A stretch of 64,000 bases of DNA from Candidatus Hadarchaeota archaeon (lineage in GTDB: Archaea > CAYQAE01 > CAYVLA01), in assembly GCA_964621445.1 (NCBI GenBank), contig CAZUNO010000002.1:136904-200903 (forward strand). Reading direction: 5' to 3'. Below, one piece after another: positions 1-9,528 of the stretch (positions are counted from its first letter, which is position 1; each line of letters opens with the position of its first letter). Under the pieces are notes generated by a model. The model saw nothing but the letters and a program-made list of their open reading frames with translations, was not told the origin of the DNA and searched no databases. The translations under genes and the position numbers were made by a program.

Positions 1-1676
1 GTGGCAACGCCTGAGCTCGATTCGATGTCCAATGTGACCTCTTCTCCCGGTTCGCATTTATCCTTGGAAAACTCCGCCGACAGATTCACGGGGTTTACCA
101 GGTCAACGTCGAAGGGAATCGAGTCCGCGGCCACCTCCAGGTTGGGATTTATCACGTAGGCAACCAGCTTGGCCTTGGGCATCATATCGGGAGTTACCTT
201 GAAGGAGATATACCTCCCATCAGCATAACCCGAGTGTATGGTCCTGCCACCTGATACCACATCATAATAGGCATTTCTATCTGCGGTGGTCAAGACCTCG
301 AATGTGACCTCTTCCCCCACACTCACCTCGGCAGGCGAGATCTGCACTATGTGAACGAAGTAGCCACCCGGGGAGTACTGTGCATTTAAGGTGATCTGAT
401 TCTCGGATTCCGATCCCGGAAGGCTGGCCTTTAGATCGGCACTCGTACATTTGTCCGGCACATCGATCTCGACCGTGGTCATGCCCCTGAAGGTATTCAC
501 GCTTCGGGTTGTCCTGGTTGTCTTTCCGTTCTCCAGGCGATATACGACCTCGAATTCAACGCTTTTATCCAGGGGTTCTCCGTCCGGGGTCTCTGTTACT
601 ATCATTACATCCATGGGTAGACCAGGCTTTACGGTCTGGCTGGCGGGGATTACCTGAATCACGGTCGGGGAGTCGGCTACCTTGAGAAGCTTTGTGTCCT
701 TCTCCTCATGTCCCGCTCCATCGGTTACCGTGACATTTAGAATGACGCTGCCCAGGCCACCGGAACCGACGGTACCGGCAAGATACCCGGCCGCGGGGAT
801 TTCGAACTCGGCGACGCCGTTGGAAAGCCTTGAGTTGAATGTCGCGAACTTCTCCCAGTGAGCAACGTACTTGTAGGCCTCCACGAAAACGGTTCCCTCA
901 ACCGGTTTTCCGAAAAAGTACTCGGCATTTACCTGACCAGTTATCTCTTCATCGACCAGGAACCATCCCTTGGGCGTCTCCACACCTACATCGAATTTTG
1001 GAAGAACGTATTTCTCCACCCTGAAATCCACAGTGGCCGTTCCCGATTCGCTGTTTGCAGTTATCTTCCATGTTCCGGTGTTTACCTCTTTAGCCAGCGA
1101 AAGCTCGAAACTGGCCACACCAAATTCGTTGGCCGAGAGCTCCTTTCGGAATACCTTTATGCCTTTTGCATCGGATATGGATACGTTGATTTTCGTTTCA
1201 GTCGGTTTCAGGTCGGCGCTTAAGGCCAGCACGCGGCCGTAGAGGGTCTGACCTGGCTTGTAGATAGGCTTGTCGGTTTCTATTAACAGGGCTACCGAAT
1301 CCGCCAATATTACCTCTCCCGATACGTGCTCTCTATCGTCCCTCCCGGCGAGGACCAGGTCGTAGGTCCCCTTCTCGATACCGGGAACATCGAAGCGTGC
1401 TATTAGATGTCCATCAGGTCCAGTTCTCCCCCTAAAAAGCTCCACCTCTTTCTCCTGATTTCTGATGAAAAGCGATACCCTGCGGTCAACCGGCCTACCG
1501 GTATCGGGAGAGAAGGAAGAAATGCTAACCGAGGACTCAGTGCCTACATAAAACCTGTTTGGGGCCAGCACAATAAACTCGGCCGATGCGGCCTTTCCAA
1601 CCATGAGGGTGGGAGATATAATCTGTAAAAAAAGAAACAGGCAGACGACCAGAGAGCCATATCGATTTTCCGTCAA
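1..1676 (-). CDS. Alpha-2-macroglobulin/thioester-protein-like secreted protein (N-terminal MG domains; runs off left window edge)
   Basis: Manual translation from TTG at 1676 (GGTGA SD just upstream): MTENRYGSLVVCLFLFLQII signal peptide, FIVLAPN, LLIETDKPIYKPGQTLYGRV (MG2 motif), FRVEKYVLPKFDV, AEYFFGKPVEG, VTPDMMPKAKLVAYVI. Frame stays open to position 1. Absent from the ORF track because its stop is outside the window. Confidence 0.88.
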   Translation of the reverse strand, partial: MTENRYGSLVVCLFLFLQIISPTLMVGKAASAEFIVLAPNRFYVGTESSVSISSFSPDTGRPVDRRVSLFIRNQEKEVELFRGRTGPDGHLIARFDVPGIEKGTYDLVLAGRDDREHVSGEVILADSVALLIETDKPIYKPGQTLYGRVLALSADLKPTETKINVSISDAKGIKVFRKELSANEFGVASFELSLAKEVNTGTWKITANSESGTATVDFRVEKYVLPKFDVGVETPKGWFLVDEEITGQVNAEYFFGKPVEGTVFVEAYKYVAHWEKFATFNSRLSNGVAEFEIPAAGYLAGTVGSGGLGSVILNVTVTDGAGHEEKDTKLLKVADSPTVIQVIPASQTVKPGLPMDVMIVTETPDGEPLDKSVEFEVVYRLENGKTTRTTRSVNTFRGMTTVEIDVPDKCTSADLKASLPGSESENQITLNAQYSPGGYFVHIVQISPAEVSVGEEVTFEVLTTADRNAYYDVVSGGRTIHSGYADGRYISFKVTPDMMPKAKLVAYVINPNLEVAADSIPFDVDLVNPVNLSAEFSKDKCEPGEEVTLDIESSSGVA

Positions 1677-1863
1677 AGCAATCACCAGTTGAGTTCCATA
1701 TTGAAGTCAAGAGCTGGCAAAAAAGGGGGCCTAAGCTCCTAACACGGTAATTTCATTGCCTGAAACAATACATAATGGTTGCATGAAACGGTGTGAACCA
1801 ACGGGGGGAATGGTCCACATAGTGATTCAGGTTAGCCCTAACATACTAGATATCTAGCTGAAG

Positions 1864-2631
1864 CTAGTCCTCAAAGAAACGCATTAGCTCAATGGGTACG
1901 GGGATAACCACGGTTGTGGGTTTGTCGGTGGTCGCATCGGTGATGGCCCCCATTAGTCTTAGCTGCAGCGCTCCGGGACTCTCGGTCATTATCTTGGTAG
2001 CCTTTGCCAGCTTCTCCGACGCCTGTTTCTCTCCCTGGGCAGTGATGACCCTAGACCGTCTTCCTCGTTCCGCCTCGGCCTGCCTGGCCATGGCCCTCTT
2101 CATGTCCTGAGGCACCTCGACGTTCTTGATTTCCACACCTGAAACCTTGATCCCCCATGGGTCAGTGGCTTCATCAACTGATGATTGGAGTTCCCGGTTT
2201 AGATCCTCCCTCTCGGTCAACAGCTGATCAAGAAAGGCCGTTCCGATTACGTTCCTCAAGCTGGTCTGTGAATACAGGGACGTCGCGGCAATGTAATTCT
2301 CAACCTGGGTAACGGCGTTTTCGGGGTCCATTACCCTCATATATATCACTGCGTCCACTTTCACGGGAACGTTATCCCGGGTTATGACCTCCTGGGTGGG
2401 TACATCGAGTACCATGGTCCTGAGGTCGATCTTGACCATCTTCTCGAAAAATGGTATTACGAAGAACAGGCCAGGGCCACGAGCTCCGACCAGCCTACCT
2501 AGCCTAAATATCACGCCTCTCTCGTACTCACGTACTATCTTGATCGCCCAAGCGATGAAGATGAGAAAGAGGAAAACAAGCGCTGCTGCGGGAAGGAGCC
2601 AGTCAGCCATGGAATCAACCAATCCGTTCAA
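1864..2631 (-). CDS. SPFH/stomatin (slipin) family membrane protein
   Basis: N-terminal TM, EYERGVIFRLGR, QEVITRDNV, AMARQAEAER coiled coil. Confidence 0.95.
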   Translation of the reverse strand: MNGLVDSMADWLLPAAALVFLFLIFIAWAIKIVREYERGVIFRLGRLVGARGPGLFFVIPFFEKMVKIDLRTMVLDVPTQEVITRDNVPVKVDAVIYMRVMDPENAVTQVENYIAATSLYSQTSLRNVIGTAFLDQLLTEREDLNRELQSSVDEATDPWGIKVSGVEIKNVEVPQDMKRAMARQAEAERGRRSRVITAQGEKQASEKLAKATKIMTESPGALQLRLMGAITDATTDKPTTVVIPVPIELMRFFED

Positions 2632-2677
2632 CTAAATTTCGCGCTTTCCTCATAAATATATTTGTCATAAGCCAGAA

Positions 2678-3901
2678 CTAGTGGCCGCCGACTCGCCCCA
2701 GGGCAACCTCCACCGCTTCCACCAGGTCATCCAACTCGCGGTCGGTATAGTTGGTGCTATTGGGCAGGACGATGTTCCTCTTCAGGGAATCCTCAAGTAC
2801 CGGGCAGGGCTGGGTGTCATTGAAATCGTTTAGGGGTGAGGTGAAGGGCCAACCAGACCGATTTATGGTTTCCCTCTTCTTGAAAAGATCCAGATCGTAT
2901 GCCGGTCTACCACCGTAAATGAGACCAGCCGGGACTCCCTCCTCCTTTATGAGCTCTATCAGACCCGGGGCATCTATATTCATGTCATCCGGTATCCGAT
3001 AAATCATCCCGTAGTAAACTGGCTTTGATCCGGGAATGACCTTTCTGGGTATGAGCCCCAATTTTTCAACCATCTTGTTGACATAATTAGCATTTTTGTT
3101 CACGATCTCAACGATCCTATCGAGCTTTCGGACCTGGGCCAGAGCCACAGCGCCCTGTAGCTCCGACATTCGATAATTGGTTCCCAGAGGCGCTCCTTCT
3201 TCCCGCGTGAGGCGATTATTCCCGTGATCATGGTAACGAATGGCGTTATCGTAGAGGGTGGGGTCATCGGTGGTCACTATGCCTCCCTCTCCGGAGGTCG
3301 CCATCTTGTTGAGCTGGAAACTAAAGCAACCGATATCCCCCAGGGACCCAACTTTTCCTCCCTTAAACTCGGACCCGTGGGCATGGGAAGCGTCCTCTAC
3401 CAGGTAAAGGTCGTTCTCCTCAGCCACATCGCGGAGTCCATCCATGTCCGCCGGGAAGCCCAGCAGGTGAACCGGGACTATGGCCTTGGTCCTTGGGGTT
3501 ACCGCCTGACGGACTGCATCGGGGTCAAGATTGAGGGTCTCGCCCTCCACATCCGCAAATACCGGCACTCCCCCGCACAGGAGGACGGGGCTGATATTGG
3601 CAATGAAGGTCACCGGGGGCACTATTACCTCCTCCCCGGGCCCTATTCCGCAGGACTTGACCCCTAGGTGAACCGCTGCCGTTCCGCTGGAGACCCCAAG
3701 CGCGTACTCTGTTCCCACATATTCCGAAAATTCGCTCTCGAAATCCAAAACCTTATTCTGCGGGTCGGGACCATAGAAGCGAAATAGGGATTTGGACTCC
3801 ATTACCTCCCTAACTTCCTTCATCTCCTCCTCCCCTATCAGATTCACGCCAAATCCAGTATACGGCCAAGGTTCAGTTCGAACGGGATCGTCCTCTGGCA
3901 C
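2678..3901 (-). CDS. DegT/DnrJ/EryC1/StrS PLP-dependent aminotransferase
   Basis: SSGTAA, EDASHAHG, FSFQLNK (PLP Lys), GEGG, NYRMSEL. Confidence 0.93.
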   Translation of the reverse strand: MPEDDPVRTEPWPYTGFGVNLIGEEEMKEVREVMESKSLFRFYGPDPQNKVLDFESEFSEYVGTEYALGVSSGTAAVHLGVKSCGIGPGEEVIVPPVTFIANISPVLLCGGVPVFADVEGETLNLDPDAVRQAVTPRTKAIVPVHLLGFPADMDGLRDVAEENDLYLVEDASHAHGSEFKGGKVGSLGDIGCFSFQLNKMATSGEGGIVTTDDPTLYDNAIRYHDHGNNRLTREEGAPLGTNYRMSELQGAVALAQVRKLDRIVEIVNKNANYVNKMVEKLGLIPRKVIPGSKPVYYGMIYRIPDDMNIDAPGLIELIKEEGVPAGLIYGGRPAYDLDLFKKRETINRSGWPFTSPLNDFNDTQPCPVLEDSLKRNIVLPNSTNYTDRELDDLVEAVEVALGRVGGH

Positions 3902-3959
3902 TTTACCACCTGCTAAGACATGGATGAATGGTTTAATATAAGTGGCCTGCGATTCTGCC

Positions 3960-4937
3960 TTATTGATTCCAGCGTTTTAGGCCCCAGAAAACCAACGAGA
4001 ACAATATGAATGGCGGAGTAAACTCCGGAATTTCAATGTTATCCACCAGAGACTCGAACTCATTTAGATGCAGTTGGTAGCCCTTGCCCTTACTTGTATA
4101 TATAAGGCTCAAAACCTTTTCTCCACAATCAAGCATCTCATATCTGGCCTTCACCTGGGAATGATTGGGCAAGGAATACGTGTACTCCATTATCCTGTTA
4201 CCCAGATCGTGAATGATTTCCTGGCTCTCAAAAAGGATTTCAACATTGGACATGGTCTCCCGCATCCCTTCCTTCTGGACCTCCAGGTATTCATCCAAGC
4301 TACCAGACCAGGTTTCGGATAGGAGCACAATATTTGTCTGAAAGCGGTCCTCCAGTGGCCCATAGAAGATAACCCCATTATTTAGGGTCTGCTCATCCAC
4401 TGCCCAGCCAACCGGATAGGTTAAATTCAGGTCCGGGTTCAGGTAACTATATTTGGGATCGAAGAAGCTAAGGGTGGATAACGATTCCTGGAACAATGGA
4501 AGGTAATGCTCGTATTGCCCTTTTGATGCTACATATGCCAGGTCATAGTACCTCCGTCCATATCGGATTATGATCTCCTTCATCTTGACCTCTGTGGACC
4601 CTTGCTGCCAGGAGCATATCAAAACCTGAGCCGGTAAATCCTTAAAGGTCGTATTACGATCAGACAAAACCACGAAATCGGAGAATATCTCCCGACAGTT
4701 TTCCCGGATGCCCCTGACTGTATCCTGAAGCGTTGATCTTGGGTTATCGAAGACATCGATGCTTAGTCTTGGGGAGAATCCATCACTCTGGCTCATGAAC
4801 AGGGCCAGGACATATGGGTTTTGTGACTCTCTCCAGCCCGGTGGCTGCTGTATGGAGAAACCCCATGATTCGCTTTGGTACGCCCAACAATGGGGTATCA
4901 ACACGATTGAAGCCAACAATATCCAGGTGATCTTCAT
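3960..4937 (-). CDS. Secreted tandem PsbP/DcrB-like domain protein with PEF-CTERM sorting signal
   Basis: Likely start MKITWILL (4937) with signal peptide; two repeats (FSIQQPPGW...FQESLSTL / LTYPVGW...FESLVDNI); C-terminus IPEF + hydrophobic stretch + KR. Confidence 0.7.
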   Translation of the reverse strand: MKITWILLASIVLIPHCWAYQSESWGFSIQQPPGWRESQNPYVLALFMSQSDGFSPRLSIDVFDNPRSTLQDTVRGIRENCREIFSDFVVLSDRNTTFKDLPAQVLICSWQQGSTEVKMKEIIIRYGRRYYDLAYVASKGQYEHYLPLFQESLSTLSFFDPKYSYLNPDLNLTYPVGWAVDEQTLNNGVIFYGPLEDRFQTNIVLLSETWSGSLDEYLEVQKEGMRETMSNVEILFESQEIIHDLGNRIMEYTYSLPNHSQVKARYEMLDCGEKVLSLIYTSKGKGYQLHLNEFESLVDNIEIPEFTPPFILFSLVFWGLKRWNQ

Positions 4938-5067
4938 TATCCCCAGCTTAGGGAAAAGATTCTGAAAAATAGGGCACCATCGGGCGACAAATTTTCGGGA
5001 CACTCACAAAAAAAACCCCTCGCCGGGACTCTCGGGAACATTTTCGAAGGTCCCCACCCCAGGTCCC

Positions 5068-5982
5068 ATGATGGCCATTCACGAGGTAGTGATCCAGATA
5101 CTTCTACCCATCTCTCTTGGTTTCGTACTCCGCCAAACAGGTATGTTTGGGGATGAGCAATCTGCGGTTTTACGAAAACTGGTGGTCTATGTCAGCATAC
5201 CGCTCCTGGTCTTCCACTCCATGTACACCTCGGCCCTGCCCTCCTTGAGCCAGGCCATCTCCATTGTAGCCGCCCTTCCAATATTGACCCTGCTTTTCCA
5301 CCTGGCAGGAAGCATCATTAGCCGGCTCTTGCCCCTTAAGCATGCGAAGCGGATGGCCCTTCTCGCTGCCATTACCTTTGGCAACTACGGCTGGTTGGGT
5401 TGGAGCGCTGCCTTCACCGTCTTTGGCGAGAAGGGCCTTAACCAGGCATTCTTCTTCACTCTCCTCTGGTGGCCGGTTTTCTACGGGTTTGGAGCGTTAA
5501 CCGGAATCCGATCCCGAACCAAGAAATCCATCAGCCCGCGATCAGTGGCCATTGTCACCGCTTTGCCCGTCAGCTGCATATCAGCGGGAATCGTGCTCAA
5601 TCTCGCTTCCATCGCAATCCCCGAGTTTCTCCTGACCTCGGTTTCCAGCATAGGGGACACCACCATACCCCTCATACTCATATCGGTGGGTATGGGGCTG
5701 AATATGGATAACATAAGAAGACTGCTACCGGCAGCACTCCTAGTTTCCGCAATACGCCTGGGACTGGGCCCCCTAATGGGAATTCTGACCTCGGAGGTGC
5801 TTCCCGTAGGGGATTTGGGCACTGATGTTGTAATTCTTCTGAGTGCAATGCCGGTAGCCACGGTCACCCCAATTCTCTGCGACTACTTCGAGATGGACAG
5901 GGACCTGATATCGGTATCCATTGTAGTTTCCACGGTGCTTTCCCTGGGAACTCTCCCCCTAGTACTCATGATCATCGGTTGA
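5068..5982 (+). CDS. AEC (auxin efflux carrier) family transporter
   Basis: Multi-TM; FGNYGWLG, PLILISVG, SAMPVA motifs. Confidence 0.88.
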   Translation: MMAIHEVVIQILLPISLGFVLRQTGMFGDEQSAVLRKLVVYVSIPLLVFHSMYTSALPSLSQAISIVAALPILTLLFHLAGSIISRLLPLKHAKRMALLAAITFGNYGWLGWSAAFTVFGEKGLNQAFFFTLLWWPVFYGFGALTGIRSRTKKSISPRSVAIVTALPVSCISAGIVLNLASIAIPEFLLTSVSSIGDTTIPLILISVGMGLNMDNIRRLLPAALLVSAIRLGLGPLMGILTSEVLPVGDLGTDVVILLSAMPVATVTPILCDYFEMDRDLISVSIVVSTVLSLGTLPLVLMIIG

Positions 5983-5984
5983 AC

Positions 5985-6947
5985 CTAGCTCCATTTCCAG
6001 TCCATCTTCTTCTCTACGTTCTTGATTTCCTCAATGGAGGGCGAGCCCTCCATGGGCCCCATCTTGGTTATGGCAAAGGAGCCCACGGTATTTCCCATCC
6101 TACCACATTCAACCAAGGATTTCCCGGAAACAAAGCTAGTGGTAAAACCGGCATCGAAGCAGTCACCGGCCCCAGTGGGGTCAACCCTTTCTCTTAGCCG
6201 TTCGATCGGGAAAGGCGGTACGAATACCTCCTCTTCCCGGCCAAATACGCGGCAGCCGTCCGAACCCAGCTTCAGGGCTACAACATTGGCTCTATCCAAA
6301 AGGGACCTGCAGGCCTCATCGCTATCCTCTATGCCCGTGAGCATGCTGGCCTCCTCCCCGCTAGGCAGGACCACATCACAAATCTCCAGGACTGGCTCGC
6401 ATATCTCCCTTACCCGTTCAATACCCAAGAGCTCAGGTCTCAGGTTGGGGTCCAGGCTTATCTTTCCACCCTGGTCCTTAACCATTTCCATGGCCCGGTA
6501 GCAGGCATCCCTGCTTGAGTCGCTGGTGGAAAGGGCCGAGCCCATGAGATGAAGTAGTTTGGTGCCTGATAGGTAATCAGCGTTCACATTCTTAGGCGAA
6601 AGCGTACCCGCGGCGGAGTATCTCAGGTGAAAGATGAATTTCCGGGAGCCATCCTGGTTGTAGGAAACGAAGGCACAGCCGGTGGTATGCCCCTCCCTCC
6701 TGGTCACGCCCGAGACATCGACCCCGTTCTCCTCCAGCCTGTTCTCCACTACATCACCAAAATCGTCGGGTCCTAGAACCCCGATGAATCCGGTATCGGC
6801 CCCAAGCTTGGCCGCCGCGTCAATGTAAATGGCTGGAGCACCGCTCGGATAGGGACCCATGAACTCAGCCGGCTCATTTAGAGGAACCCCGACCTTTTTA
6901 CGCATTATCTCTACCAGCATCTCACCCATACATACTATCTCAGGCAT
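5985..6947 (-). CDS. PfkB family carbohydrate kinase
   Basis: Start MPEIVCMGE at 6947; GAPA, DDFG, DPNLR, DPTGAGDCF signature. Confidence 0.93.
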   Translation of the reverse strand: MPEIVCMGEMLVEIMRKKVGVPLNEPAEFMGPYPSGAPAIYIDAAAKLGADTGFIGVLGPDDFGDVVENRLEENGVDVSGVTRREGHTTGCAFVSYNQDGSRKFIFHLRYSAAGTLSPKNVNADYLSGTKLLHLMGSALSTSDSSRDACYRAMEMVKDQGGKISLDPNLRPELLGIERVREICEPVLEICDVVLPSGEEASMLTGIEDSDEACRSLLDRANVVALKLGSDGCRVFGREEEVFVPPFPIERLRERVDPTGAGDCFDAGFTTSFVSGKSLVECGRMGNTVGSFAITKMGPMEGSPSIEEIKNVEKKMDWKWS

Positions 6948-6948
6948 T

Positions 6949-7380
6949 TCACTCACCCAAAACCTGTACGCAGTACTTCCTATGCAGGGGGCCATCGGTC
7001 TCAACGAAATATATGGTCTGCCTACCTCCCCTTACGATCTCTCCGTTCTCGATTGGGAACATGGTGTTAATCCCGGTAAGCATTCCTCTTAGATGGCAGT
7101 GGGCATTTACTCCTAAACGGCCGTCAAAATCTAGATACCTCGCATGGTGGTAGTCCAGATCCTCGGGTATCAGCCTCTCAAGGGTATCGACGGTATCTTC
7201 CTCCAGGCAGGGTATCCCCTCGTTAACGGTGATACCGCTGGTGGTATGCATGGTGATCACGTTGACCACCCCGTTCTGGACCTCGGACCTCTCCACCACC
7301 TTAACCACTTCTTCCGTTATATCTATGAGCTGCATCTCCTTGGTGCTTTGCACGTCCAGTTTCTCAAGATGTATCTTCAT
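6949..7380 (-). CDS. yjbQ: YjbQ (UPF0047) family protein
   Basis: HTTSGITVNE, YHH, NAHCH, Q.IYFVETDGP motifs. Confidence 0.88.
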   Translation of the reverse strand: MKIHLEKLDVQSTKEMQLIDITEEVVKVVERSEVQNGVVNVITMHTTSGITVNEGIPCLEEDTVDTLERLIPEDLDYHHARYLDFDGRLGVNAHCHLRGMLTGINTMFPIENGEIVRGGRQTIYFVETDGPLHRKYCVQVLGE

Positions 7381-7389
7381 TTTAGACCC

Positions 7390-8235
7390 TCACTCCATCC
7401 CCATGAACCTCTTGGCATTCCTCTCAAATATCAGCTCGATGGCCCCCTCCGTGAATCCCAGGGACTTGACTGCCTCCACCATCTTTGCCATCTCTATACG
7501 TGGGAAGTTTGACCCAAACATAACCTGGTTCCTGAGGCTCCTCTCCAGCCAGGTTGTTGGTATCTGTTTATTGAAGGTGAACTGGATGAATTCCTTGGGG
7601 GTATCAAAGTAAAGACATGAGGTGTCGGCAAACAGATTTTCGTACTTCAATAGGAGGGCTGCGGTATCCTGAATCCAGGGCCACCCAAAATGGGCAATGC
7701 AAATCTTCAGCTCAGGGTAACGGATCGCCGCCTCCTCAAGGAGCATGGGATGGCACTGCTTTAGACGGGTTCCAGGCTCGAAACTCATGCCGCTGTGCAT
7801 CATTATCGGGATGCCTAGATCCTGAGCCTTCTCATATAATGGGAAAACCTCCTGGTCATCGGGGCTAAACTCCTGACTGCTGGGAGCCAGCTTTAGCCCT
7901 GCTAGGCCCAGGTCCTCTATGGCCATCTCCAGATCCTCGATAGCTGTGGGGGAATGGGGATCGACGCTGGCAAACCCTATGAAGCTACCATCGCCCATCT
8001 CCACCAGCTCTGCAATCTGCTCATTAGTATGGATCTTTTCCCCTCGCGTGGTGGTGCAGTCTATGGGATGAATGACCGAGGTATCTATATCCGCCTCCTC
8101 CATGTGGAGGAGGAATGTCCTCAGGGGCTGTAGCCTATTGCCCAGGCCAAAAATTTCCCTGACCACCCTTTTCATCTCTTCGTCCTTTTCCATGATCTCC
8201 TTCACGAGAACCGGATGTGTGTGTACGTCAATCAA
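7390..8235 (-). CDS. Amidohydrolase_2 family metal-dependent hydrolase
   Basis: IDVHTH, GLKL, MHSG, IAHFGWP, MFGSNFP. Confidence 0.9.
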   Translation of the reverse strand: MIDVHTHPVLVKEIMEKDEEMKRVVREIFGLGNRLQPLRTFLLHMEEADIDTSVIHPIDCTTTRGEKIHTNEQIAELVEMGDGSFIGFASVDPHSPTAIEDLEMAIEDLGLAGLKLAPSSQEFSPDDQEVFPLYEKAQDLGIPIMMHSGMSFEPGTRLKQCHPMLLEEAAIRYPELKICIAHFGWPWIQDTAALLLKYENLFADTSCLYFDTPKEFIQFTFNKQIPTTWLERSLRNQVMFGSNFPRIEMAKMVEAVKSLGFTEGAIELIFERNAKRFMGME

Positions 8236-8244
8236 GCTATCATC

Positions 8245-9528
8245 TCATTCTCCAATTCTAGGCACGACCTCGGCTGCCCCTTTTAGAGCCATCGCTTCCG
8301 CCGATTTCCCCGCATCCTCAAGGGCCCTGTCCACGGCCTCCTGGGGGCTAGGGGCATACTCGAAACCCAGATTCTCAACGTCCTTTCTGGGTATACCCAC
8401 GGCGTAGACTATAACTCGCATCTTCTCTAGTATTTTTCCCACGTGAACCATGGCGGCAACCGAGCACAGATCCGTCAGCTCACCGGAATCCATTAAGGAC
8501 AGCGCCTTAGAGGGGTAAAGGTACCCATGTTTTTCCAGTTCGGGATGTTCCTCCGAGATTCCCTCCCAACAAGGAGTGAGCATGACTATGGTTCCCCCTG
8601 GTTTAACCGCCAGTTCAGCGGCCTCCAATGCCTTTACCGCCTGCCACATGTCGATGTCAGCGGGGTGGGAATCAACGATGGCCACATCAACCTTGTGATC
8701 TATTGGAACGTCGTATATCCTGTTACTGGTTTCCACTCCTTCCCGGTGGGCGGAAATGGGATGACCCGAAAAGAAGCCAAATGTCCTTGATTTACCGTCA
8801 AGTACCGTGTTTATTATCATGTCCAAGCCGGCCTTCTCGGATATCTCCTCTATTTCCCTTCTAACTGGATTCTCGGCAACTCCTAGTATTTCCTCACTCT
8901 CAAATTTTCCGGCCATCAAATGGGTCAAACCCGTGGTCTGAGGCCCTCCCAGCCCTGGTTGAACGATCTTTCCTCCCCCGGTATAGCCTGCAACCCGATG
9001 AGGAACTATGTTCCCCACCCCGATGCTCCAATCGGCCTCAAGTATCTTCTCGTTAACGGTAATAGGTATCCCAGAATCAGTGGTGCCCAGGTCCCGGAGT
9101 TTGGATTGATCCCTCCAGTAGTGGTTTGAAGTACTTATCTCCCTTACTGCCCTGGCACCAGCCTTAATCTCCATCTCCTCCCTGGTCATATATCTGTGTG
9201 TTCCCAGGGCAAAAAGAATCTCGATGTCCCCTTCCTTGATACCAGCCGTATCCAGTTCCCTTCTCAAACTGGGTATGACCCGCCGGGTAGGCGTTTGCCT
9301 GGTGATGTCATCTAGGATGATCAGCACCTTGTCCCCGCTACCAACCTGGGAAGGTATAGGCTCGGCCTGTATTGGCCCTGCAAGCGATTTCCGTAGCAGC
9401 TCTCCCTCCGAGCCAGGGGGATCTAAGTCCGGGGGAGAGTGGATTTCGACCAAATTGGAATCCGGAATTTGAACTCGAGTTATGCCCTTTCCGAGATGGA
9501 AGTCTACGTCAGCCATGGGCAGGACCAA
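8245..9528 (-). CDS. larA: LarA-family nickel-pincer-dependent 2-hydroxy-acid racemase/epimerase
   Basis: DDITRQTP, ALGTHR, PHRVAGYTGGGK, H (THLM), DMWQAVKA: conserved LarA catalytic/cofactor-binding motifs; substrate unknown. Confidence 0.88.
   Translation of the reverse strand: MVLPMADVDFHLGKGITRVQIPDSNLVEIHSPPDLDPPGSEGELLRKSLAGPIQAEPIPSQVGSGDKVLIILDDITRQTPTRRVIPSLRRELDTAGIKEGDIEILFALGTHRYMTREEMEIKAGARAVREISTSNHYWRDQSKLRDLGTTDSGIPITVNEKILEADWSIGVGNIVPHRVAGYTGGGKIVQPGLGGPQTTGLTHLMAGKFESEEILGVAENPVRREIEEISEKAGLDMIINTVLDGKSRTFGFFSGHPISAHREGVETSNRIYDVPIDHKVDVAIVDSHPADIDMWQAVKALEAAELAVKPGGTIVMLTPCWEGISEEHPELEKHGYLYPSKALSLMDSGELTDLCSVAAMVHVGKILEKMRVIVYAVGIPRKDVENLGFEYAPSPQEAVDRALEDAGKSAEAMALKGAAEVVPRIGE

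Noticed and set aside
451-1628. Short ORFs listed in the track over the first 1.6 kb
   Set aside because: Antisense or out-of-frame shadows of the long minus-strand alpha-2-macroglobulin-like frame.
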